From an uncultured Desulfatiglans sp. (GTDB lineage: Bacteria > Desulfobacterota > DSM-4660 > Desulfatiglandales > HGW-15): DNA of 59,449 bases. Positions within the stretch are counted from its first letter, which is position 1. Each line of letters starts with the position of its first letter. Made by a program: the position numbers and the translations under genes. The DNA lies in NCBI GenBank assembly GCA_964610475.1, contig CAZSZQ010000002.1, positions 1-59,449 on the forward strand. Direction: 5' to 3'. Below, in pieces: positions 10,681 through 19,360 of this stretch. Under the pieces are notes generated by a model. That model had not been told where the DNA came from. It was given only the letters and a program-made list of their open reading frames with translations, and did no database searches.

Positions 10681-11781
10681 GTGCTTCTGTTGAGAATTAC
10701 ATTACTCAAATATATATCAAAAGAAACATGGGCAATTTTTCTGACATGCCTGATAGTCTTTGTATTTATTTTTATAGCTTCCTACATGCTGACTCTCACA
10801 GATCTCATGGTAAATTACGGTATCGGTTTAAGGGAGTTGTTCAGGCTGATTATCTGCAAGATCCCGGGGGGTATTCTTTTTGTAATGCCGGTTGCATGCC
10901 TGACGGCTGTGCTCCTTTCCTTTATAAGGATGTCGACTGATAACGAAATAATTGCACTTTATTCATCAGGGATAAGCCTTTTTCAGTTAATGACTCCCGT
11001 AGTATTATTCTCGTTTATCTGTCTCTTATTTGCAGGCTTTTTAACCCTGTTCTGGGCTCCTTATGGAAACAGAACATATGAATCGGTCCTGAAAAATATT
11101 GTTAAAACCGGAGCTGCAAGTGAAATAAAAGAGAGGGTTTTTTTTGAACAGAACGGTCTGGTTTTTTATATAAACAGTTATTTACCGAAAGACAGGGTCA
11201 TGAAGGATGTCTTTGTAGCGGATAAAGAGAGGGGAAGGGAAATAACTATAATAGCAAAACAAGCAAAGTTTATCCCAAGCAAGAATGGCATTGTCATACG
11301 GTTTATAGACGGCACAATGTTTACCGACGAAAAGGGAGGGGAATATAGTGTTTCGAGTTTTTCCCCAGGCTTTTTGGACTATCCTGTAGAAATAGACAGT
11401 ATGACAGAATCCTCAGCAGACCGTGCAAAAGAACTGGATGAGATGTATTTCACGGAATTGAATGAATTTATCAGAACACCTTCCGGATCCAGGGAAGGGC
11501 AGGGTCAGGCAAGGTTAACATTATATGAAATGTTCTCAATACCGGCTGCCATATTTGTAATAGGGATAGCCGGCGCTCCTCTGGGCGCCCAGATAAGATC
11601 CCAGGGAAGGGTTAAAGGCATTATTATTAGCTTTCTGCTGTTTCTCTGTTACTATATTACCCTGATGACCGTGAGGTACCTTTGCGAAAACGGCACAATT
11701 ATTCCGGAAACAGGAGTATGGTTACCCGTATTGTTGCTATCTATTATTTGTTTTTTTCTTTTTATCAGATCTGCCGATTGA
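10681..11781 (+). CDS. LptF/LptG (YjgP/YjgQ) family LPS export permease
   Basis: N-terminal LLKYISKE motif; 3 TM + periplasmic beta-jellyroll region + 3 TM layout. Exact start uncertain (GTG 10681 or TTG 10690). Confidence 0.75.
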   Translation: MLLLRITLLKYISKETWAIFLTCLIVFVFIFIASYMLTLTDLMVNYGIGLRELFRLIICKIPGGILFVMPVACLTAVLLSFIRMSTDNEIIALYSSGISLFQLMTPVVLFSFICLLFAGFLTLFWAPYGNRTYESVLKNIVKTGAASEIKERVFFEQNGLVFYINSYLPKDRVMKDVFVADKERGREITIIAKQAKFIPSKNGIVIRFIDGTMFTDEKGGEYSVSSFSPGFLDYPVEIDSMTESSADRAKELDEMYFTELNEFIRTPSGSREGQGQARLTLYEMFSIPAAIFVIGIAGAPLGAQIRSQGRVKGIIISFLLFLCYYITLMTVRYLCENGTIIPETGVWLPVLLLSIICFFLFIRSAD

Positions 11782-12124
11782 ACCGTCTTAAAATACAGAC
11801 CGGCCGTTATATGTTTATGGTCTATCAGGTCTGTATCATGATGTCATTAATACCTTTTATGTATTATCTTTGCAGTTTGTCTGCATTTTATATTTATATT
11901 AATTATCAACAGGTTACGTCAAATTAATGGCGTGAATTTACTTCTCCTGGCAAAGAATTGGCTATGATCCCATTTCTCGGTGGCTTAACGTATTATATCA
12001 ATCTGTTATTACTGGTATTTTTATAAATCAATCAAATTGGCATGAATATTGATAAGTAAAAAATAACGGGAATATAAAAACCGGTTAAAGAAAATTAATT
12101 AATTTATCAAAATAACAGATAAAC

Positions 12125-12556
12125 ATGAAAGAAAAAGACAAATCAATAACTGCCGACTATCAGGACACTGACCTCAACAGTCAGAAGCTCGTGCAGTTTT
12201 CCATGCCCAAAAATGGTGAAAGCTCCTCCATTTTAAGGATAAAACAGATTATAGATGAAACAACAGATACGATCTTCTCTCTGCATAAGAAAGATTTGCT
12301 TGCCAATCCTATAACCTATATTGTTCCTGCCGTATGGGGCAGAATTAAAAAAGGAGAGCTTAACCCGAAGCAGAAAAATATCTTCTTATCCATAGAGACG
12401 ATGGTGAGGAATGTAATAGAAATTATGGAATTTGATGAGCTTACTGATTCACAGCGTTTTTCAATTGAGTATCTGATACGAGGCCTTGTCATCTCAAAAA
12501 TCACCTATCTGATTGCCTCATCAAAATCAAATGACAAGGATATTGTTTATGATTGA
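12125..12556 (+). CDS. hypothetical protein
   Basis: 143-aa ORF with no recognisable motif; followed by a hairpin (12565-12594). Confidence 0.4.
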   Translation: MKEKDKSITADYQDTDLNSQKLVQFSMPKNGESSSILRIKQIIDETTDTIFSLHKKDLLANPITYIVPAVWGRIKKGELNPKQKNIFLSIETMVRNVIEIMEFDELTDSQRFSIEYLIRGLVISKITYLIASSKSNDKDIVYD

Positions 12557-12735
12557 TCTGAAATAACCCGTCAGGTAGTAACTCCTGATGGGTTAAATTC
12601 TATCACCTCTGATATTATCCCCTAAAAGTAAATCGAAAAAAAAATTGCATTATTTATTACATTTTTGTAATCACTATATGCCTGTATTTTTTTATGAGAT
12701 TTAAACAATTAATATGAGTGAGTTGAGTATATTCA

Positions 12736-14277
12736 ATGTCTGAAAAAAACATGATCCCCAAACCGGATGAAATTAAATGCCTGTATGAGATTACAAAGGC
12801 CATTCACAGCACACTTGATCTTAGAAAGGCATTATACAAGGTTCTTGATCTTCTTGAAGAATATCAGGGTATGAACAGGGGGTCTATCTCTCTTTTAAAC
12901 CGGGAAACAGGTGAGATACATATTGAGGTTGCCCATGGTATATCGTCCAGTGCAAAGATAAAAGGACGTTATAAGCTGGGCGAAGGGGTTACCGGCAGGG
13001 TTATAGAAACCGGAAGACCCGTGGCAATACCAAGGCTGGACGAGGAGCCACTGTTTCTTGACCGTACAGGATCAAGAAGCAGGATTGATAAGTCAAAAAT
13101 AGCATTTTTCTGTGTTCCGATAAAAGATAGCACCCGGGTTATCGGCGCCCTGAGTGTTGACCGCCTTTTTGAAGAAAATGAATCACCTGAGGAGGATGTC
13201 AGGTTTTTATCTATAATAAGCATCCTGATTGCCCAGAAGGTGGCAATGCTTGAGCAGATAAACAAGGAAAGAGAACAGCTTAACACAGAAAATATAAGAT
13301 TAAAAAAAGAGCTTGGTAAAAAATACAGTTTCAGCAACATTATAGGCAACAGCCATAAGATGCAGGAGGTATTTCACCTGATAAGCCAGGTGGCCAAAAG
13401 TAATGCAAATGTTCTTCTGCTGGGTGAAAGCGGGACAGGAAAAGAGCTTGTGGCCAATGCAATACATTATAACAGCCTGAGAACATCCAGTCCTTTTATT
13501 AAAATCAACTGCGCTGCGCTTCCCGGCAATCTCGTTGAGGCCGAGCTTTTCGGCTATATGAAGGGGGCATTTACAGGCGCTAGTATGCAGAAGGCAGGCA
13601 AATTTGAGCTGGCCAATAACGGGACTATTTTTCTTGACGAGATAGGTTCTCTTCTTCTTGAGAGTCAGGGGAAATTGCTCAGGGTGATCCAGGAAAGAGA
13701 GCTGGAAAGACTTGGAGGAACCAGGGTAATAAAGGTAAATGTCCGTATTATTGCGGCTACAAATATCGATCTTTCCGAGGCGGTTGAGAAGGGCGCCTTC
13801 AGGGAAGACCTGTTTTACCGGTTGAATGTATACCCCATTTATCTGCCTGCCTTAAGGGAAAGAGAGGCTGACATCCTTATGCTTGCCGATTTTTTTCTTG
13901 ATAAGTATTCGGTAGAATATGGCAAAGATATAAAAAGGATTTCCACGCCTGCGATTGATGCATTGATCAGGTACCACTGGCCCGGAAATGTCAGGGAGCT
14001 GGAAAACTGCATTGAGAGGGCAGTGCTCCTGTGTGACGGGCAGGTTATCCACAGCTATCATCTGCCGATGACCCTCCAGACAGCCGAGGATACCGGAACC
14101 CAGCAATCAATGTCACTTGATGATTCGATAGCACGTTTTGAAAGAGATCTGATAATAGATTCATTGAAAAGCAGCCGGGGAAACATGAGAAAAGCAGCCC
14201 AGGTCCTGAAGACGACAGAAAGAATATTCGGATATAAAGTGAAGAAATATGCGATCAATCCCAAGCATTATAAATAG
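12736..14277 (+). CDS. sigma-54-dependent transcriptional activator with N-terminal GAF domain (NifA-like architecture)
   Basis: GAF-like N-terminus; AAA+ Walker A GESGTGKE; GAFTGA sigma-54 contact loop (KGAFTGA); RVIAATN; C-terminal Fis-type HTH. Confidence 0.9.
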   Translation: MSEKNMIPKPDEIKCLYEITKAIHSTLDLRKALYKVLDLLEEYQGMNRGSISLLNRETGEIHIEVAHGISSSAKIKGRYKLGEGVTGRVIETGRPVAIPRLDEEPLFLDRTGSRSRIDKSKIAFFCVPIKDSTRVIGALSVDRLFEENESPEEDVRFLSIISILIAQKVAMLEQINKEREQLNTENIRLKKELGKKYSFSNIIGNSHKMQEVFHLISQVAKSNANVLLLGESGTGKELVANAIHYNSLRTSSPFIKINCAALPGNLVEAELFGYMKGAFTGASMQKAGKFELANNGTIFLDEIGSLLLESQGKLLRVIQERELERLGGTRVIKVNVRIIAATNIDLSEAVEKGAFREDLFYRLNVYPIYLPALREREADILMLADFFLDKYSVEYGKDIKRISTPAIDALIRYHWPGNVRELENCIERAVLLCDGQVIHSYHLPMTLQTAEDTGTQQSMSLDDSIARFERDLIIDSLKSSRGNMRKAAQVLKTTERIFGYKVKKYAINPKHYK

Positions 14278-14283
14278 CCTATA

Positions 14284-15162
14284 ATGATTAACCAGTTAAT
14301 ACAGGTTGTAGCGCCCATTTTTACCGTTATTGCGGTTGGGTATATCTGGTCATTGAGCCGCGGTAAATACGAGCTTGAGTTTATAACATCCATTGCTATA
14401 AACCTCGGATGCCCGTGCTTGGCATTTTCCACCTTAACAAGTATTGAAATCAATCATGTTCTGCTTGGCAGCATTTCGCTTGCTACAGTATTAGCTTTAA
14501 TTTTATTCGGATTAATAGGAATATTAATTCTCAGGATTTCAGGCCTCTCAACAGACGGATATCTCCCGCCATTGATGTTTGCAAATATAGGGAACATGGG
14601 CCTCCCGGTATGTCTTTTTGCATACGGGCAGGAAGGTCTTGCCCTGGCAATAATTATTTTTGCAGTTGTAATGGCAGGGCAGTTTACTGTTGCTGTCTAT
14701 CTATATTCCGGACATTTTTCTTTTCTTTCGATATTTAAAAGCCCGGTGGTAATATCCATTATAATATCATCGGTTTTACTGGTGTCAGGCATAAAACCGC
14801 CGCAATGGATAGCAGAGTCGACAAAGCTGATTGGTAATATCACCATACCCGTTATGCTTATTACCCTTGGAGTATCACTTCAGAGGATGAGAGTTTTAAA
14901 CACCGGCAAGGCTCTTTTTTTATCTGCTGTAAGAACAGGTATGGGATTTGGAGTAGGAATCCTGGTCTCTTATCTTTTCGGGTTTAGCGGTACAGCGCGA
15001 GGTGTTTTCATACTTCAATGTTCTATGCCTGTTGCAGTGCTTAATTATCTGTTTGCAGAACAATATGGTAAAAACCCGAAAGAGATTTCTGAAATAATAA
15101 TAGTATCAACTCTGTTGTCAATTATTATACTGCCCTTGATCCTTCAATTCTTAAAACACTAG
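14284..15162 (+). CDS. AEC (auxin efflux carrier) family transporter
   Basis: 292-aa polytopic membrane protein with the typical AEC N-terminus (QVVAPIFTVIAVGYIW). Confidence 0.7.
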   Translation: MINQLIQVVAPIFTVIAVGYIWSLSRGKYELEFITSIAINLGCPCLAFSTLTSIEINHVLLGSISLATVLALILFGLIGILILRISGLSTDGYLPPLMFANIGNMGLPVCLFAYGQEGLALAIIIFAVVMAGQFTVAVYLYSGHFSFLSIFKSPVVISIIISSVLLVSGIKPPQWIAESTKLIGNITIPVMLITLGVSLQRMRVLNTGKALFLSAVRTGMGFGVGILVSYLFGFSGTARGVFILQCSMPVAVLNYLFAEQYGKNPKEISEIIIVSTLLSIIILPLILQFLKH

Positions 15163-15238
15163 AGGGAATGTTATGCTGCTGTTTCATTTTAATATTCATC
15201 TTTTTCCGGATCGAAGTGTATCCTGAGAGACTGACTTT

Positions 15239-16408
15239 ATGAAATATGATTTTGACAGGATAATCAGTCGTGAAAGAAGCGGTTCCGTAAAATGGGATTT
15301 GCGTGAAACGCGTGGAGATAATGATCTTATACCCATGTGGGTTGCCGATATGGATTTTAAGGCGCCTCCCGAGGTGATAAAAGCGCTGGTTAAAAAGGCG
15401 GAACATGGTATATTCGGATATACATACCAGTCTGACTCTTACAGGGAAGCAGTAGTAAAATGGATGAATAAAAGACACAACTGGGAGATCAAAAATGACT
15501 GGATTACTACCACGCCGGGTGTTGTTCCGGCCCTGAGCATTGCAGTAAACACTTATACCGGTCCCGGCGACAGTATTGTTATACAGCCTCCGGTATACCA
15601 TCCCTTTAAAAAAATTATAGAGGCCAACAACAGGGTGGTGATTGAAAACAAACTGATCTTCAGGGACAATTATTACCGGATGGACTTTGAAAACCTTGAG
15701 GAAATTTTTAAAAAAGGCGCTTCAATGTTTGTCCTTTGCAGCCCTCACAATCCCGTAGGAAGAGTATGGAGCGGTGAAGAACTTGAAAGGCTTGCTAAAC
15801 TGATTTCAAAATATGATATCTTGATTATCTCAGATGAGATACATGCTGACCTGATAATGCCAGGGTATAAACAAAAGGTAATGGCACAAATTTCACCGGG
15901 TATAAGTAAGAGAACTGTGACGCTTACTGCCGCCAGTAAAACCTTTAATCTTGCCGGGCTTTCCTGTTCAAATATTATAATTGAAGATCCTGGGCTCAGA
16001 GATGCTTTTAAAAAGACATTAAATAAAATCTCTATTTCTATGCCGAATATTTTTGGCCTTGTTGCCACTGAAGCAGGATATAATTATTGTGAAGACTGGC
16101 TTGATCAGGTGCTTTTTTATATTAACGGTAATTATCAGTTTCTTAAGACTTATATCGATGAAAAAATACCAAAAATAAATATAACAAGCCTTGAAGGCAC
16201 TTATCTGGTATGGCTTGATTTTTCCAGATTTGGTTTATCGGACACGGATCTTGACGAAATTCTATTTAAAAGGGCAAAGGTATGGCTTGACAATGGCAGG
16301 CAGTTCGGTACGGGAGGGGAAGGATTCCAGAGGATCAATCTTGCCTGCCCCAGAATTATTCTTAAACAGGCACTCGACAGATTGGAACAGGCCTTTAATT
16401 TTTCTTGA
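15239..16408 (+). CDS. PatB/MalY-type PLP-dependent C-S lyase (cystathionine beta-lyase-like aminotransferase class I/II)
   Basis: N-terminus MKYDFDRIISRERSGSVKWD is typical of the family; PLP-lysine motif SASKTFNLAGL. Confidence 0.85.
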   Translation: MKYDFDRIISRERSGSVKWDLRETRGDNDLIPMWVADMDFKAPPEVIKALVKKAEHGIFGYTYQSDSYREAVVKWMNKRHNWEIKNDWITTTPGVVPALSIAVNTYTGPGDSIVIQPPVYHPFKKIIEANNRVVIENKLIFRDNYYRMDFENLEEIFKKGASMFVLCSPHNPVGRVWSGEELERLAKLISKYDILIISDEIHADLIMPGYKQKVMAQISPGISKRTVTLTAASKTFNLAGLSCSNIIIEDPGLRDAFKKTLNKISISMPNIFGLVATEAGYNYCEDWLDQVLFYINGNYQFLKTYIDEKIPKINITSLEGTYLVWLDFSRFGLSDTDLDEILFKRAKVWLDNGRQFGTGGEGFQRINLACPRIILKQALDRLEQAFNFS

Positions 16409-16487
16409 AATATGATCAATGTGATTTAAATTTGGTTGAAATATTTAAATTGGTTGTTAGACTGTAAAAAATATTGATTTCTATTTA

Positions 16488-17468
16488 ATGGGGGTTTTAC
16501 CTATGTCTACAGATTATTTGAACAGACTGAACAGGATGATAGATGAAAACTTCAGCAGACGAAATTTTCTTAAATTCCAGATGAAAGGGCTGTTGTTCAT
16601 TGCCGCCGGTTCTTCCGGCATATTAATTCCCAAAAGAACTCTTGCAGAACCTGTACCTGATATAGCGGTTGTAAAGGGGGATGCGGCAAAGGCTGCGAGA
16701 GCTGCTGTGGAGCTTCTTGGCGGCATGAAAAAATTTGTAAAAAATGGCAGCAAGGTACTGATAAAACCCAATATGAGCTTTCCCAATCCCCCGGCGATGG
16801 CCACGGGGACTCATCCTGATGTAGTGAAAGAGATAGCTATCATGTGTAATGAGGCAGGCGCTGCAAATGTTTTAATCGCTGATTACCCGCTTTTTGATAC
16901 AGACACTTGCCTTAAACGGTCCGGAATACCTGATGCTTTAAAAGACCTTGAAAACATTAAAGTGATAGGCGCTTCAAGCGACAGGTTCTATAAAGATACG
17001 GAGTTTCCAGGCGCCAAAAAGATGAGCAGGAACGGTGTGTTCCAGGAGGCATTAAAGTCGGATATTATTATTGCAGTTCCAGTTGCAAAAACTCATACTG
17101 CAACCGGAGTGAGTCTTGCAATGAAGGGCATGATGGGCCTGGTCTGGGACCGCGCCGGTATGCATACAAAAGAACTCTCCTCATCAATTGTGGATATGTG
17201 CACAGTACTTAAAGCGCAACTGACAGTGATAGACGCAACCAGAGTGCTTTCAACTAATGGCCCCAGAGGACCTGGCAAGGTGCTCAAGGAAGATACCATT
17301 ATCGCGTCCAAAGATATGGTGGCGGCAGATGCATTTGCTGTTTCAAGATTTCCATGGTATGGAAAAAGGTATAAACCTGCCCAGGTAGCCTATATTCGTG
17401 AGGCCCATGAAAGAGGTCTTGGGAGAATGGATATAGAGAACCTTTCCATAAAGGAGATCCAGGTCTGA
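16488..17468 (+). CDS. DUF362-domain protein with twin-arginine-like signal
   Basis: SRRNFLKF Tat-like motif plus hydrophobic stretch; VLIKPNMSFP motif typical of DUF362. Confidence 0.7.
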   Translation: MGVLPMSTDYLNRLNRMIDENFSRRNFLKFQMKGLLFIAAGSSGILIPKRTLAEPVPDIAVVKGDAAKAARAAVELLGGMKKFVKNGSKVLIKPNMSFPNPPAMATGTHPDVVKEIAIMCNEAGAANVLIADYPLFDTDTCLKRSGIPDALKDLENIKVIGASSDRFYKDTEFPGAKKMSRNGVFQEALKSDIIIAVPVAKTHTATGVSLAMKGMMGLVWDRAGMHTKELSSSIVDMCTVLKAQLTVIDATRVLSTNGPRGPGKVLKEDTIIASKDMVAADAFAVSRFPWYGKRYKPAQVAYIREAHERGLGRMDIENLSIKEIQV

Positions 17469-17552
17469 TTTCTGCTTCCGGTTTTATGCAAACCGGATCA
17501 GTACCAGTGAAGATGCAGGGCACTGATCCGGTAACCTTTATAAAGGATACAT

Positions 17553-19310
17553 ATGAGATTTCGTTCAATAATACAGTTGACAAGCCTGATATGTTTTTTA
17601 TTTCTGATGATGAGCGCCATCTATTCAGGGATAGATCTCGTAGCCCCTGATCTCTACCTCAGAATGGATCCCATTCTAATTTTTGGATCGGCCCTGAGCG
17701 GCAGGATTTTTCTTTTTACTTTTCTCCCTGCCGTAATAGTTATAATAATCACCATTTTTTTCGGAAGGATATTCTGCGGTTATTTCTGCCCGATGGGAAT
17801 TACCATTGACTGCAGTGACAGGCTTCAGGATATCAAAAAAAAGACGGGCACTGGCAGGGCAGGCCTTTACAGGCTCAAATATTTTATATTATTTTTTATC
17901 ATAGGGTCAGGTATACTTGGTGTTTCTTCTGTCTTTATCGGGGCGCCTTTATCCCTTGTTACCAGATTTTATGCCCTGCTTGTCTATCCGATCATTGCCC
18001 TTGCAGGCAAGATAGGCCTGGAGATATTACATCCGGTTGCCGAACATTTTGAAATGTATGGACTGTTATATGCTGATATTTCCGCACCAAGATATTCGGC
18101 CATTTTCTTTATCCTGCTGTTTTTTACCGGGGTGTTTTCAGCAGGAAAAATTAACTCAAGATTCTGGTGCCGCCATTTATGCCCATCAGGTGCTGTTCTT
18201 GCGCTTTTTGCACCATTATCGCTTGTAAAGAGATGTGTATCGGACGATTGTATCAGATGCGGGAAGTGTGTCAGAGCATGCCCCATGGGTGCCATTGACA
18301 TGGAATCACCCGGCAGCACCTCCTTTAAGGAATGCATAGGATGTTTAACCTGTAAAAATGTATGTCCGGTCAATGCAGTAAGTTTTAATTTAAAAGTCCT
18401 GAAAAAAAAGGATATCCCGGATTTTATACCCGAAAGGCGGGCCCTGCTGTATTCCGGCGTCGCAGGGGCTGTGTTTGCATCTGTTAATCTCGCTGGGCTT
18501 TATTCAGTATACGGTAAACCCGGAGTCGGACGGGTTTCGCCAAAGGATCTTGTAAGGCCTCCCGGGTCAAGGCCTGAAGATGATTTTCTGTCTCTGTGTG
18601 TACGTTGCGGTGAATGTATGGCCGCTTGCCCTAATAATGCACTTCAGCCGATATGGTTTAAGGCAGGTACGGAAGCTCTTTTCAGCCCCTCACTCGTACC
18701 GAAAAGAGGGGCATGCAACCCGGAGTGCAATAACTGCGGAACAGTATGCCCCACGAGTGCTATCAGGCCCCTTGAAGTGTCAGACAGAATATGGGCAAAG
18801 ACAGGCACTGCAAGAATAATGCGGGAGATGTGTCTGGCATGGGAGCATCAGAAACGGTGCATGGTATGTGATGAGGTGTGCCCGTATAGCGCTATCAAGT
18901 TCAGAGATGAACCTGGAAACCCTGTACCTGTTCCGGAGGTTTTGGAAGAAAGATGTTCAGGGTGCGGGTTCTGCGAGCATCATTGCCCGGTTCAGAATCA
19001 GTCTGCCATTTACGTTACTCCAATGGGTGCTTTGAGGCTGAATCAAGGTTCATACATGCAACAGGGCAGGTCACAGGGCTTAAATATTTCACTTGGCCAT
19101 AAAGGGAAAAAGGAGCAGGCCGGAGGAATGGGTTATCATGAAGATGCTACCCAGGTTATGGAAGGGGATGCCCCTGGGTTTGAGAACAAGGCGCCGGGTT
19201 TTGAAGATAATGCACCGGGCTTTGAAGATGAGAGTCCCGGATCAGAAGATGAATCTCAAGGTTTTAATGAAAAACCTGATGAAGGACCTGCTCCCGGATT
19301 TACAGAGTAA
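17553..19310 (+). CDS. integral-membrane polyferredoxin (NapH/MauN-like 4Fe-4S binding protein) with an acidic repeat tail
   Basis: TM segments with CGYFCPMG and CRHLCPSG motifs; several CxxCxxCxxxCP ferredoxin motifs; C-terminal APGFE-type repeats. Confidence 0.75.
   Translation: MRFRSIIQLTSLICFLFLMMSAIYSGIDLVAPDLYLRMDPILIFGSALSGRIFLFTFLPAVIVIIITIFFGRIFCGYFCPMGITIDCSDRLQDIKKKTGTGRAGLYRLKYFILFFIIGSGILGVSSVFIGAPLSLVTRFYALLVYPIIALAGKIGLEILHPVAEHFEMYGLLYADISAPRYSAIFFILLFFTGVFSAGKINSRFWCRHLCPSGAVLALFAPLSLVKRCVSDDCIRCGKCVRACPMGAIDMESPGSTSFKECIGCLTCKNVCPVNAVSFNLKVLKKKDIPDFIPERRALLYSGVAGAVFASVNLAGLYSVYGKPGVGRVSPKDLVRPPGSRPEDDFLSLCVRCGECMAACPNNALQPIWFKAGTEALFSPSLVPKRGACNPECNNCGTVCPTSAIRPLEVSDRIWAKTGTARIMREMCLAWEHQKRCMVCDEVCPYSAIKFRDEPGNPVPVPEVLEERCSGCGFCEHHCPVQNQSAIYVTPMGALRLNQGSYMQQGRSQGLNISLGHKGKKEQAGGMGYHEDATQVMEGDAPGFENKAPGFEDNAPGFEDESPGSEDESQGFNEKPDEGPAPGFTE
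19164..19307 (+). repeat. in-frame degenerate 21-nt tandem repeat encoding an APGFE(D/N)x acidic tail
   Basis: Translated tail reads DAPGFENK-APGFEDN-APGFEDE-SPGSEDE-SQGFNEK...APGFTE. Confidence 0.7.
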
Positions 19311-19360
19311 TTGAATAAAAATCCTTTCTTTGCTTTGTGCTGGTAGCTGATTGCTGAAAG

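Noticed and set aside
10656-10940. 94-aa plus-strand ORF overlapping the start of the LptF/G permease gene in another frame.
   Set aside because: The overlapping frame 10681-11781 has the family-typical N-terminus and membrane topology. The 94-aa product has no features.
12038-12053. A sigma-54-like TGGCAT-N5-TTGA sequence lies upstream of ORF 12125, next to the sigma-54 activator gene.
   Set aside because: The -12 element lacks the conserved GC (GG-N10-GA instead of GG-N10-GC). Other TGGCA occurrences (near 27641, 10148, 24046) also fail the -12 test.
17466-17552. The TGA stop of the DUF362 gene is in the same frame as the downstream polyferredoxin ORF, raising the possibility of a fourth selenocysteine readthrough.
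   Set aside because: A second in-frame TGA occurs only 13 codons downstream. There is no homology continuity across the gap, and the downstream gene has its own RBS (AAGGA) and ATG.
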